Part shown: positions 1 through 13,838 of the stretch, piece by piece
Numbering within the stretch: position 1 is the first letter of the stretch
How the letters are laid out: each line of letters starts with the position of its first letter
DNA from: Tubiluchus corallicola
Lineage: Eukaryota; Animalia; Priapulida
Length of the DNA stretch: 64,000 bases
NCBI GenBank assembly: GCA_030141605.1
Contig: JAQGDQ010000136.1
Location: forward strand, 434,001 to 498,000
Direction: 5' to 3'
The notes under the pieces: generated by a model
Told to the model about the DNA's origin: nothing
The model's input: the letters and a program-made list of their open reading frames with translations, nothing else
Databases searched by the model: none
Translations under genes and position numbers: made by a program

Positions 1-1
1 T

Positions 2-618
2 AACATCAGCGAAGTTCTTGAAGAAATGAGTAAGGAGATCGATGTCTTTGAGAAACTCCTGCAATTGTCTGTGAAAAACACCTTGATTAATGGTGGTCAA
101 AGCAGTGAATGGCGGCAACAACAGGTATTAAAGTGTATCTAATTTAAAATTAGATACCACACAGTACAATCTAGTGGTAACGCGTCCGCTTTCCGTCTGG
201 GAGGTCGTGAGTTCGATACTGCAGCTGGTTAATACCGAAGACTTTAAAAATGGTATCTGCTGTTGCCTTGCCAGGGTATCTACGGTAATAGCGGGGAAGC
301 AATAATCTCTGTAAAGTACCTACAGATTTGTTTGTACAGTCGGCAAAAAATTCTTTATTATTGATTACTATTAATTCAAAAATAATAGCTCTGTCTAATT
401 GCTAAACAGGCCTTTATTTATTCCTTTCGGTTTCTGGGGCCCAATCATTGATGTAGATCATTCCAAAAATCAGTAAAGTAAAAGCAAATTTTAGCTTGAA
501 ATCTTTAAAGGAAATTAAGGCCGGAAAAATAAAGAGCTATAATTATCTTCAAGATTTAACGAAATTTGCTGAGCAAGTTTATGATTGTCACCCCGGAAAT
601 GATGATCCTATCGAACAG
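2..618 (+). CDS. Putative internal exons of an unidentified gene entering from the left edge
   Basis: 2-124 is open (NISEVLEEMSKEIDVFEKLLQLSVKNTLINGGQSSEWRQQQ) and ends at CAG|GTATTA in phase 0. A phase-compatible exon at 511-618 (EIKAGKIKSYNYLQDLTKFAEQVYDCHPGNDDPIEQ) ends at CAG|GTAAGC. An alternative acceptor at 409 would give a short terminal exon. No recognisable homology. Confidence 0.35.
158..300 (+). mobile_element. tRNA-derived SINE (5' part)
   Basis: A-box-like TAGTGGTAA (~172-180) and B-box-like GAGTTCGATAC (~209-219), followed by TACCGAAGACTTTAAAAATGGTATCTGCTGTTGCC. From memory this resembles a conserved central SINE domain (Meta-like). Confidence 0.65.
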
Positions 619-2632
619 GTAAGCACTATGCTTTTATTTCAGGTAACATTTTTTCAGCAGAGTAATAAATGTGAACGAAACTGAGGCTATATTGTACCAA
701 CTTGGATCAACCGGGTCAACCCCTTTGAGTGATGGGTCCAGCCTTCTATGTGGGCACTGATTTCGGGCGCAAAGAGTAAACAACAACAAAAATCGCAGAA
801 ACAAACTAAACGGCAAAACAGGAGAGAAAACATGGATACCGCCTCTTTTTAGAATTTGAATTCACACCTCTAGTTTCCTAAACTGATGTAGCAATTTGCC
901 ATATAAATACGACTATATAAAGAAAAATATTAAACGTAGAACAAAAATAATATAACTTTAACAGTTTAAGCTTCAAGCAATAATTATTTACAAGCGTAAG
1001 CACATATGCCATTTTACCAACCGTACAAATATGGCATTTTAAACACGTACAGCGTGAGTTTTCGAAACCAGCGGTAATGGAAACGATCCCTCTGAAGTAG
1101 TTTTCCTCCTAAAATAGCTTCGTTTGGCTGCACTAATTACTGTTCAAATAATGATAGCAATATATATGCAATTGCACAATAATCGATTAATTCTATACAT
1201 AGCTGCACGACAGTTGCATTGTGGTGGTCCCAAGAAATTAATTCCTGGGCCCAATTGAACGAATCTCCGTAATGATGATGCCACATTGTCAGAGAAAGTC
1301 CGCAACTTTGCAGGATTCAAATTTGTTTCAAGTTAAATCACCCAAATGCATTAAATACCGACATGTGTATGTTGTTATAACGGTTGCTGTATTGTATTGT
1401 ATCGTAACAAATACTTATTTGCTCACACTTGAAAACTAGTTCATTTTTGAAGCCAGAATTTTTAAACACTAGTTAGCCGACTACATGAAGCCATTACACG
1501 TATATTCATTGAGTCATTCAAACAACAGCTTGGGCTTATCGCAGAAACAGATTCAGTAGTTGTCCGAATTCGAAATTCCAGTGGTGGAATTTCTATACAG
1601 TGGAATTCTATATGAACCAAATATCTGAATGTAGAAGCTTTAAACCATCATCATTTCTTTTTTATTCAAAAACAAGAATGTCTAAATTTCGTGATTCTGG
1701 TATGTACAATACAAAAAATCCTAGTGAGATAATTAAGTCTTCTAGAACTAAAATTTTGACTGCTTTTCCAATTATTAACCAGTTAACCAGTGCAATTAGC
1801 TTTGAATTTGGTAAAACTTGATTTCAAACTAGTATAAGGTGTAATGTATATGGAATGTACATTATGTACTGTCTGAAACAATGGCAATCCTATTTGGAAG
1901 TGCCAAAGTTACTACTTGCCTAAGGCAAAATACATTAGCCTTACAACTTATTTCTAACGAATGATTTCAAGTCTACATTACAGCCAAACTGAAACCATGA
2001 ACGGACTGCAACAGCAAACTGTACACAAATATAAAGTATCACCAATTAGTTACCAATATAAATTCTGACTAATTCCAGAAGGCCATGGATTCCCATATCG
2101 TAATCGCTTGTAATACCGAAAGAGTAGAATTTACAACAGTTCCATTGGTCAGTAATTGTTAATTCAAACCATTCTGACGGTAATTGACCATAATACAGTG
2201 CAAGTTCAACTCGCCACACGGGTTGCACGCCAGCTATGAAGAACCCGAGAAGCTCTAGAAGATCCGTCCAACTACAAGACAATCTTTGACTAGTGACTAC
2301 CACAAAACCCATGCAGTTTATCTTAGTTGCTGGAACAAGGCAACACCAGGAATATGCAATGAATAAAATTACTCCAACTTTTAAGTCTAGATGCGTAGAC
2401 GTCTGCAATATTTAGTTAATTTCGACTACTTTGTTGAAAGATGGAAAAATTCAAAACAAAATAAAAAAAGGGTTGATAATAATACTTTCTGAGGATGACA
2501 TAAATTAATAAACTTACCCATTCCTTATTAGTCATTTTGATCTAGCTTAAATTACTTCACGAGTTCACACATATATATATACGAAGCCAAGTTAAATACT
2601 AAACTAGCAAACTTTTCTGACTCCCCCTACAG

Positions 2633-3064
2633 GTCACAACGTCAACAAGAACACTGCTTCATAATTATCACTACAGTGGCAGGCTAAACTACCAGTGTGT
2701 TGTTATTTTACTTCGACCCAGGTTTACTGACACGGGTTTCACCTCAACTGCACCCAAGAACAATAATGAAGCCACTGCGAACCGCTCCCAAGCAGAAGTA
2801 TTGATGATTTTCCCTCTCACTGATGATGTAAGCGGGGACAGTCAGACAGGCGACGACACTCACCATACACAACAATGGCGGACTCGCACCCGCAAAAACA
2901 AGATGGCGGCTGCTATCAGTGAAGCCACAATGCTAGCCGAGCGTGCGACGCGTTGCATAATAAAACAGAGAGAATGTTTATGGCCATCGAGCAATTTTGG
3001 AAGGAATCAGCTGGCAGCGCTGGCAACATCAAAATTGATCGGTTTTCATAAGGATTTATTATAG
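2633..3064 (+). CDS. Possible exon(s) of the left-edge gene
   Basis: Good acceptor (CTGAC branch-like, CCCCCTACAG) followed by 143 open codons in phase 0, in frame with ORF 2801-3064. There is also an internal donor GAT|GTAAGC at ~2828. No recognisable protein. Confidence 0.2.
   Translation, partial: VTTSTRTLLHNYHYSGRLNYQCVVILLRPRFTDTGFTSTAPKNNNEATANRSQAEVLMIFPLTDDVSGDSQTGDDTHHTQQWRTRTRKNKMAAAISEATMLAERATRCIIKQRECLWPSSNFGRNQLAALATSKLIGFHKDLL
2900..2911 (+). promoter_or_regulatory. YY1-type motif in a CpG-rich patch
   Basis: AAGATGGCGGC matches the YY1 consensus. Confidence 0.3.
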
Positions 3065-6000
3065 TGCCTACCGGGTTTAGATAGCGCCTGCTGGAAGTAG
3101 GGTTATTAGTTATTACTAGTAATAAGTATAGTCATTATAGCGCTTTTGTGAGCGTTGAGCAGCAATCAAACCACACGAAGACATTGATTAACAGCCTTTA
3201 TATCATAAATGAACATTAAGACGACACCATTCGAAATATGACTCGATTATACAATATAATCAACTTCATGCTTTGAAAAGTGGTTGTAACGCTCAGCAGA
3301 CTTAGTTCAACAAACAAGTTTTACTTTATGTACTAGGATTTGCTCACTCAGTTAAGAGACCAATGGGCCTTACCTGTAGGCACACAGTAGAATAGCACAT
3401 AAAATCCAACGTTCTATCGCAAGAATACAATATATGTATGTATATATATAGATGGACTGTATTCACTGCGGCTATATATGTATAGCCGTTGATTTTCAAA
3501 TTTTGATCAAGTACCATAAATTATGTATATGTATATACATCCTATATGTAATAGATGTTGAATTTGCTATAAAACCAAACATTCGCAGGAATTTCACACA
3601 GTGTCATTCTGAAACTTGTGCCGATTACTATGAAGTACTTAAAACACAGATTGTAAAAAATAGAGACATATTACTAGGCACATTGTATTATACTGCATTT
3701 ATTGGTATGACACAACTTGCATCTTGAAAGTGTTAACGATTTTACAAGCATAGTTCTGAGGAACAGATATAGAAAGGTGTAGGCCGTGCAGCATTGATCA
3801 GATTTCTACCATATGCAGTAATGGTGAATAAAAATGTATACTTTTTCTGTTAATTTCCTCTTGAACAAGGTTTCTTCTACAAACCCAAAGACTTATGATG
3901 AGATTTAGGACACTGGACGACAAAAAACGTTGGTACTAAGTGGATGTCACCAATAAAATAAGAAAAACATGTGCAAATTCACAACTTACAAATTCTTGAC
4001 CGAAAATAATTTTTAGCACTCTAATTTGTACGCTTTCAATTTTATTTGATTGCTTAATGTTAATAAAACCATGCCGGACAAGACCACTATACTCTAACAC
4101 AGGTCTAATGTAAGTACAATTGACTTTTGCCGTACTTGATTAAACACCTAATAACTTTTTAGATTTCACCACTGGCAAATTAACTACGTCTACAACTGGT
4201 AACTGGGGATATCAGTATTTCTTTTTACTCTTAAATCTATTTTCAAAATTTTGCACTCACAGGAATATAATTCGTGTTTAAAAAATGAGGATGTAAACGT
4301 GTATGATTGTGAATATAGTGGCAGTGTTACAATGCTACTGTATTAGTAATGTAAGTAACCGTACAAGGTTTACGCCAACTTCGCACATCACAGTTAGATG
4401 CTCTCTCAAATGCTATAATTACAGAACTCATTCACACATGAAGCACATTGCAGCAATTATTAATGTCATTTATGACTACAGCAAATAAATAGCCCAAGCC
4501 AAGCTGCCGAGCTTGCAGTACAATAGGAATACAGTAGGCACACCCTATGGGTTTATTTATGGTGGCGTACGCGTGCCTAGTGAATTCCCGCTGCATAAAA
4601 CGTCAGGTAATACGTCAACGTCATTGAAAAAACTGGAACTCTCCATATTCGCAACGTCAGTAATGTCCTGTGGCTACACTTACTAATTAATCTTGCACTG
4701 ATTTACTCTTTGGCAAAGATTACCCTGCAATTATTAAAATTTTTAGTTTTTGTCGTGCAGTTTTTGTGTTTGATTTAGTTTTGACCTTGTTTTGCGTCTT
4801 TTAGTGCAAGATTTTACTTTTATAAACCGTGTGGATTACAGTTAAAAATAAATAAAACATACGCAAATACAACAATAATGTTACAACACCATTTATGGCT
4901 GGGACACAAAAAGTGTATCTGTGAGGGAAGAAAAAGATAAAGACATGATTAGTTACGGCAGTTATGACCACGAATTCTCTTTGGGAAACAGAGAAGGTAC
5001 TAAAATTAACAGGCCTGGTAACCTAGTAAATCAAACAAAAATCTTACAAATCATGGGAAGATTTCATAGATCAGTTGAAAAAATTTGTCCACATCTTATT
5101 CTTTCGTTTCTGCGAGGGGTCTTCACAAGAATGAAAATGAAGATGCCCATGCCCGCCAACAAAGTGATTATGGTGATGAAGACGATAATGGTACAAGGAC
5201 AATGATATTGATATGGCAGTAATGATGACGCTGATATGGCGGTGCTGATGATAATCTAATAATATACAAGCGCCTGGTTTTACCGTACCTACATGCTACA
5301 TGCGGATAAATATATGAAGAGCAGCTGACGATGATGATAGATGACCTAATAGCAGAGAAGCCTGATTTCACTACATAGATTTAGGCAATGCACGCATACA
5401 CATGTACATGTAAATAAATAGGCGTCGTTAGGCGAACAGCTGAAGGTGACAGTGAAACGCCAAGGTCTGTGGAATACTGAAATCCTGGCTGATCTTAGTT
5501 GAAAATGTAATTTGATTATATTATTTTATTCCCTATATGCAAAAGGTGTCGGTACATATTTGCCACCGTTAATGAGTGGACAAAAGTTCGGATGATGTAA
5601 TAATGATGGAAGTAAGGTCAGAGATATAAATGAAACGACTATAACAAAAATTTAAACGAAGTAGAAGAAACAGAATTGACAATACTGACCTGTATTTGCA
5701 AAAATTTGGCTTGAAAATACAGCCAGTAATGTTTATTGTTTGAATCTGTCTCGTTTCATGTTTAGTTCTATTACAAGGAATAGATTCCAAATTAATGAAT
5801 CGACTGCTTTAATGTCTCAGAATGTACAAATAACGTTCAATGGCATCAAACAGAGGCTTGTAAATGTCAACTTAGTTTGTGATTAATTATTAATGCGCTC
5901 ATTTTTGCAATGCAGAATACAAAATGTCAGCTCAGCTTGAAGTTGAAATTTGAAAGCCTGCAACACCGCACGGCACAGTAACAAAAGGGCGAAGGTGAAA

Positions 6001-9000
6001 GACGCACACCGTCTCATTATATGCCGTAAAGAAACTTTTATAACTCTGGTAAGTCAATCGAAGATTTACACGAGACACCTGGTGGCGATATACAGAAGTA
6101 ACAGAAACACAGGCTTGTAACAAACAGGCGTAATAAGTTCTAAATAAAAAAAGTAGCAAAACCGGCAAAATGAAAGTAATGAAATAAATGGCTAATTCTA
6201 AACAAATGAAAGAAGTGACAGGAAAGGAGAAATGTAAATAAATGAAATGTCGCAAAATTTGATTTGAAGCCTGAAACTAGTGTAGGCAAATATACCACAT
6301 ACAAGCTAAAGAGCTCGCTTTACAGCCGATGTGAAACTCCTCTGCAATCACGTTTCAAGAAAATCGACAGTGAAGCCAAACGGATGCGCGTATTCTAAAC
6401 TTTCGGGGTGGCAGGTAGGAAGGACAGAAAGGAAACAGCAAAAACGCATCTGCAACATTCAATAATAATACAGTTGAAACAGGAAATGTATTCAAGATTG
6501 TCTTTTGAAGACAGTGTTTGAGTTTTTCGTTTAAAAAAACAATATTCATTCTTTCTTGGCCCACCTTCATAAAACACAAGTCTCCAGACAAGTGCTAGAC
6601 TTGCCTCGCCCATGCTTTAGCTTTCACGCTCCCTATAATTAAGAATCAGTAGCATCCATTTGCCCGGCTTTTATCAAAGAGTAGAGCAACAATACCCCAG
6701 TTATTTTGTCATGCAAACACAATGCTTCCAGCTGCTACAAATTCTGACTAAATGGTCCAGGAAATCCACCTCGGGGGCCGAACTTATAAAAATACATCAG
6801 CGTCACTATGGAAGAAGAACAGCCGCTTAGCTGCAGGAAAAAAATCACTGTTAGGTAAAAACGCATTTGCGCAGTATACATATAATATAGAATGCATACT
6901 GCACTGGTAACAGTACAGTTAAACGGAGATTTCATTAGTCTTAAAAAATTCGTAGTTTATAAATAGAAGGCACCACACGATTTACAGTCTCTACAGATCA
7001 CCTGTTATTTTCGAATATGAATAATTAACATTGATTGGTGGATGTAAATACTATTGTTTTCTTGACAAAATACATTAAGAACGTGCGTTATAAACAGGTA
7101 ATTGCGAAAAGGGTTTGTTAGGTTTTGAACCATTCAGAGAATGTTGTTTGTTTTCTGATATTCCACGCAACTACGAAGACAGTGTCTTTGAAAGTCATTT
7201 GAAAGTCAAAATATTAAAAATATTTTTGGGAAAAAGGGTGTCAACGTTTTGCTTCCCAATTATCACTAGTTAACTGATTTCACGAAAAAGCTAAAGAGGC
7301 AACAGGAAAAGCTGGTAATATTTGGCTTAGAATTTGACTGCAAGTGCAGGCATATTAGAGGACGAAATGTTTACGAATGCAGCGTATCTTCTTTCTTGTT
7401 AATTAAGTTCATTAGCTTGTGTTACCAAGCTCTCGTTACTCAGACGAGTCAGCTCTCCCTTGAGTACAAATTTAATGTTATGTACGAGACATTGATTAAC
7501 AGGCCTGTTTAGATGTTGTTCAAAAATAAACCGAAGCCTGCTTTTATAGGGACATAAATTGTAGCAAAGCATTAATTGCGTCAGCTTGACGTAAATTTTC
7601 TTCGTCGTGCTCTAGTTGTAATATTCTGAACGCCACACAGAACAAGCTACTATGCACTGCTATACATGCCAAAGAATATTGTTTAAAGCCTGTTTTCTCA
7701 GTTGAAATATGACAAATTAAATACGCGACTTTTTAAATAAATAAATAAATTTACCAAAAGTCTAGTATTTTAAATAATAGCCTTTTACCGTGTATAATAA
7801 TGACCCACTGTTGATTGTGTAATACGTGTAATAGCAGTGGTTCACGTCGTGTTTTAGTTTCTTTCAAATTTTGTAAGCAATTTATGTATTAGCTCTTCAA
7901 TGGACTTAATTTAAATTGTTGTGTGTAAGCTGATCAAGCACTGTAACTTACTTGCTGGAAGAGCTGAAGAAATGTATTGTTTTGTATCATTTTTATATTT
8001 GTCACTGCTTCCATGCTATCCTTCTTCTACTCTTAGTTTAGAGAACGTATTTAAGAAACTGGCCCAGTGTGGTTTTCAGATATCATATACTGCTTGCACA
8101 CAATTATGCCATGTTCATATGTGTGTATACGCTATACTAATCGACCAGAAACCTCCCTTTAGTTCTACCAGAAGAAAAATATAAACAAAATTGCTTGAAA
8201 TAGAAAGCTTGAGTGCTTCAAGGTTTAACTGTAACTATAGTACCGCTGACACACGTGCTTCAAATTAACTAATGTTGGCAGTTGGATGAAACATGAACGC
8301 ATATAAAACAGCCACATTCGCACTACCAATCCATTTCTTAGAGTAACTTCTTGTATATCCTACAATTGTAACCAAAACTTTCCATTCCCCATGTGTTGGG
8401 AAAAGACGAGACTAAATTGGGAAAATACTTGAACAGGAGGACTGGCTAAAAAACACAAGTAAGGTATTATTAACTCAGCTATCCTTGGTATTATTTTCTA
8501 ATGAAGTAAATTAGTGAGTAATTGCTATACTCTATTAATAACGCTACTTAATGAAGGTTATCATTGTTTTCTTTACCATCCTCAACCTCGCCTTTCTAAA
8601 TTGCGCAAGTCCTACACATTCAAATTGACCTAAGCTGAAAATTTACTCCTGATCTAAATGTATAAGGCGACACAGTTTAATTCAGAGAATCACAAAGAAT
8701 GAATGATATTCTGAAAGAGCCATGCAGTTTGCTCAGATCAATACTGCCGCGTTGCACATGACTATAAGCTAGCCTAGAACAAAATGGAGACTACTGTATT
8801 ACGCAGGATACCGATAAATAAGCTACTCACTCTTAATCGCTTGACAATCTTATTCCCCATTGGATCATAATCAGTATCCACTGTGTCCATATAAACATAA
8901 CAGTCAAAAATACACAAAAATCAAATGTCTATGAGTAAAAAACATGTTTGCGCGATTTGTATCACAAGCGAGAGTCTGTTTACTGCACGCCGCGGTGCTG

Positions 9001-9718
9001 CAGCTGCGCACTCATGGAGCTGCATCCAGCACGCGCCTGTCGTCATAGCGACCATCTTGTGCGCTCGAATGGTGCTGATGCTGGTACGGAAACCATCTGT
9101 GAAGACGTTGATTCGGATTTGCAGGAGACAAAAAAGGGTGTGTCGGTAATTAATTACCGGAGGCTAAACAATAATAGTAGCCACAAAATGGCATGTTACT
9201 GATAATGACAAGTAGTTTACCGATTATTTTAACTGTAGTTACGTTTGAAGTAGTCCACACATTGCATTGTGAATAACTTAAAAAGTTTATACAATATGCC
9301 AAATTAGTCTACTAAAACACGAGTAGTGTGTTCGACGAAAAAGCGAGAGGAGACTTGGCCCATAGCAACGGCGGCCCATTCCCCACCAACAATTTTTCCC
9401 TTTCTTGGTGAATTTTTTATTTGGCTAAACAATTTGTTAACAAAACCACCTTAACCTTAAGAATTTTCATTATATAGATTTTTTGATAGCCTTTAATGAG
9501 CCACCAGTAGCAACATTAGGTTCTTAATTATGTCACCAATCGAAAATTGCCATTCTAGGCTTCATTTCCTGTGCCGTAGCACATGCGCACAACTAAATCG
9601 GTGCTCTATTAAAAGTTGCAATGAATCACTACAAAGGAAGTCTGTGTTGTCCTGATAATCGTTAACAACACGTTTTATCGACTGCGGCCCCAACAGATCA
9701 ATTGCTAGCCCATGTAAA

Positions 9719-9748
9719 TGACGTCATACCTCCTTTGTGCTGACGTCA
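9719..9748. promoter_or_regulatory. Two perfect CRE palindromes
   Basis: TGACGTCA at 9719-9726 and 9741-9748. Confidence 0.4.
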
Positions 9749-11868
9749 CTCGGAATTCGAACCTATCATCATTAACACAGCCTATAATCAGTAAAAATCC
9801 TTTAAACAACCCTTTTGCCTTAAGTCAGGAAACTCCGAAGGCCACGTTCCTTTTCAAAACTGGTGACATTATATTTAATTCTCCAACAGTACATCAAGAA
9901 CTAATAACATTAAGTGTTAATACATAAATTAATGTTGATATAAATATTAATTTAAAAGCCTTCGAAATCACTGTGCTAAGGGGACACAAAACGAAGTAAG
10001 TTTTGCTCACACAGAATACGCTTGTAAGAAGTAAACAAGAACCGTTAATGCGTGTGTTGTGTATAATTATTTGACCATAAATAATTCTCTGGGAATCGTT
10101 TAGCCAGCTGTTATAATAAAAGCATTGTTGTGTAACTAATGAAGTGGTTGGCGGATATTCATTAAAGCCCAGTCTATCAATAGAGTGAGCCATTCTATTG
10201 TGATATCATTTGATGCTTTACTGATTCAGTGCATTGACTGACTGTGCAACGGTGAGGCTGAATTGTGGAAGTTAATATCTTTTACAAATCACACTGATGA
10301 ACAAACAAAAACACATGATATAATTTTTTGGTTTTGTTGAAAGTTATGCGAAAAATACTCTTGGGGGGGGGGGGCTTGGAAAACGTAGGTACGCAGGCAC
10401 GCACGCGCACACGCCACATTAGAACAAAGGCGAAAATTAGAAGCAGGGCCTGCTTTTCGTGAATTCTCTCAAATTAATTGTCGTAAAGGGGTAATTAGTG
10501 TGGTACCTACAATACCTACAAGATCCTATGGGGCCATTTTGGGCGAAGCGACTAGCGAGGAAATCATACATCCGAAGAACTGTCCTATTTGCATACAGAT
10601 TCCCTTCTCTGGTCAGTGAACAATGATTCCATTGACTGGCTGGGACAAAGAGAAGCCATCTGGATCTGTCCACACACATACTGGACTGAGTGGACAATGA
10701 TGTTGCATGCAACACTTAGCTGATTGAAGTAATTTAGGCATGAATCAGATTTAGACCGATTATTTATCACAGATATTTGGAAATTATAAGAAAAATCGTG
10801 AAAATTACATGCTTTTATATTTTCATGTGCAAATAGTCGAAATACTGAAACGTTCAAGCAATTGCATGAACTCATCACCCACTGTTATTCTTAAAAAACA
10901 AAATTGCGTAACACACAAAAAAGAGTGCCTCAACACTCAGATTGAGGTCCACACAATTTTGGGGGGAGGGGATTTCATCCTATAAAAGCACCACCACGCC
11001 AACGCATGGGTTTTGTGTTGCTTTTCTGGTTTACTCATTTCTTCTTTTACTTGTAATGCTAAATTTCATGGGACTTGTGTCTTATGTTTATGTTTATGTT
11101 TTACTCTTTTTTCTTTTTCATAATTTCGTTACAACTCTGTTTTACGTCAGTAAATTTGCTTTCCGGAATAACTAACGATGAGTGGTGATCCTTTACCACG
11201 TTGGTGGTTTTTTTTTCATAAATTTCTTCATAAATTTAAATTCTTAGTTAAACAATCGGATTATGTATTACTGGTTCGGTACTTGAAAAACGTTAGCATT
11301 TGTTTGTGTACAATATTAATAATAATAATTTATATCATGTTTTACGTTTTGTAGGTTCAGCAGGTCGTAAAACCAAGACTGTCTATCAGGGATAATTCTG
11401 ACTGAGGCCAGATAAAAATTAACCCTTCACGCATGCATGGTATATTTGCAATGCGCATTTCTGAAGCATTCTAAGTCGCTCTGGTAACTTCGTTTTTATG
11501 AAAACATAAAAATCGAGTCCATCAGGACTGAAAACTGTCGAGGCAATTCATACTAACTACAAAGGGTCTATGAAAAAAAAACTCGAAATTTTCGAAAATA
11601 GACATAATCACAGAGAAATAATGTCAAAAACTTCAGCCGATTTCCAAGTTTGCGGATTCGTTAAATAATATCTCTGTTTGTTATTCAACTCCTTCCCAGA
11701 TGGCAGCACCGGCTAGTATGTCTAAATCATGAGCTCATCAACTCTGTGAAGACACTTGTGAAAATAATATAAAGTTAAATACTCTGGAGATTAGTCAGCT
11801 ATGGAACTTATAGCATCACTTTAACAAATTGGATTTTGATTTATGGTTTGCGCAGCAGCAGCGTATAA

Positions 11869-11882
11869 GTTTCCATAGCAAC
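11869..11882. promoter_or_regulatory. RFX X-box
   Basis: GTTTCCATAGCAAC closely matches the palindromic RFX consensus. Confidence 0.4.
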
Positions 11883-13539
11883 ATACAACGAAAATGTTTA
11901 CAGAAGCTTGAAAAGTTTACTGTAGCAACAGATACTAGAGTATTTTAGTTGTGACACAAGGAAACCCGATCGTACTTCCCTTTAAAAATGCAGCATAGAG
12001 AATGAGTTTTTATAAAACCCGAGAATTTAACGTTTTCGGACCAAAAGTCTTTTAGTTAATGCTAGTTATCTCCCAAACTTTGTTTAAATATAAATTTACC
12101 AACAACTGGGCGATTTTACTAACAATTGCTAATAAGTTTAGCTATTTTTAGTTTTCGCGTATGCTAATTTTAATGTAGTTGTTTACAGTCACTAAAAGTG
12201 TTCAGGCTATTAATTTAGCAGATTAACGCTGTAGGGAAACAAATTGCGACGACTTATGTTGTTAGTTCTGTTCGGGGAGTGTTTTTTTTTCTAAAAAAGC
12301 ATTAATATAAGTAATTAGTTAAACTAATAGAGAAAACCCACAATAATTATACAGCAACTCTAGCTAGCTCCCACTACAAAAACCGAAAACACTCGAACTC
12401 AAATTTTTTTCAATATTTGACTGAAGGGGCTACTAGCAGCTGGTTAAAATAAACAAACTGGGTTCAGCTACAGTACGTACAGTTTCTATATAACTGGTAT
12501 TTGCCGAATAATTCACGCACAAGTCCATCATTTTGAACCGTTGTTCAATAAGGCTTGATAGTTTTTAGTTATGGTTTGGAGCTTGTTATACGAAAGTGCT
12601 ACTTTTCTTTGAAACAAATTGAACGCCAAGCAGTTGGAAGAGTTGTATGATAGCTACATGAAGTCACGTTTTCTGACGAAGCGCAGCACTTTTAAGACGT
12701 TTATACTGCAGCGTTTACAATGAAACAAACACGGATTCAAACAAACATTTGGCTTAAGAATTTGTCATAGAAAGGCTGTGTAATTATTAAGTAATGTGGA
12801 TTTCGTTGCCAATTTCATAGACAGATGGAGCAATCGGTGATTATAGAAAAAACGAAGCAGATAAGCCAAAGAAACTGTCAAAAAAGCTGATACAACTGTC
12901 AAGAAACCATCCGTTCACAGTGTATGCTGAAGGCCATTAGCCAGGCTGTAATAACTGTAACACAGTTGTTCACTGAATATCAGCAGTGACTTTATACACT
13001 ACCGAGTGCTACCGATTGAAATATTAAATTCCTTTTAAAGATCATTTTGGAACCTGCTCGTCCACAAGTTACTAATAACAAGACCAAAGAGTGAAACTCC
13101 AAGGGCTGCAGTGAAGCCTAGTTGTGCACATGGTTGCATCAAACTGTTTAACGATCCAGCACCTCTAGATGATTACAAGTGGAAACTACCAAATATTTTT
13201 TCATCTTCATTACAAAGCCATGTTAAACGGTCATACAATCCAAATTCTGATATTAATTTCCCGCCTGCTCCAATTTTTCTTAAAATTCATACATATTCTT
13301 CAGTCATGCAACTGCCAATGCACTGCTGCACAAAAGCGCCCATGACAATCAATATACAGAGGCTCAGCGCATGCTCCAGGCAGAAATTACAATCTGGAGG
13401 CGATGTGTGGTGACTGGTCACGGGGTGCGCATTAGTAAAATCTGTTCTCTAACTAGTTGAAAGATTACGGATAAAAGCATAAAGAGCCAAAGCTACTTAC
13501 AAGTGCTTATTAAAAGATAAATGATTATTGAGGTTTAGA

Positions 13540-13838
13540 TATTTTAACGGTTTTTAAAAAGTTTGCTGCTCAAAGCACACTCTGGAAGTTCATTCCAGAT
13601 TCTAATTATTTAGTTAGAGTAAACGTTTTTGAAACAATCAAGTCGGCAGTGAATGCGTTGGAAGTTTAAGCGGTGACCCCTGGGTACATTAGATAAGAGA
13701 TGCTTTGCTAAAAAACACATCTGTCTATAGCACTGTCGCCATGTAATATTGAGTAACATATTGTCAAATCACAGTGTATTCTACGAAGCTCAAGAGGGCC
13801 AAGAGTTAAAAATGCTAATCGCTCATGGTATGACAAAC
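13540..13838 (-). mobile_element. Degenerate CR1-clade LINE, 3' end of ORF2
   Basis: Minus strand reads LSYHERLAFLTLGPLELRRIHCDLTICYSILHG, followed by broken RGHRLKL and RIWNELPE-like segments. These match the typical CR1 ORF2 C-terminal motifs. Frameshifts and stops present. Confidence 0.75.

Noticed and set aside
1851-1870. TGGAATGTA, a miR-1-like seed
   Set aside because: The rest of the mature sequence does not match and there is no complementary arm.
2046-2408. 120-aa minus-strand ORF after a TTGCAG acceptor
   Set aside because: Non-ATG start, no recognisable motif and no convincing upstream coding exon.
11419-11440. TTAACCCT as a piggyBac end
   Set aside because: No matching AGGGTTAA terminus nearby.
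11512-11536. GAGTCC-ATCA-GGAC-TGAAA as a hammerhead stem II
   Set aside because: The CUGANGA core is missing. Other CTGATGA hits, checked by eye, also lacked a stem II plus GAAA.
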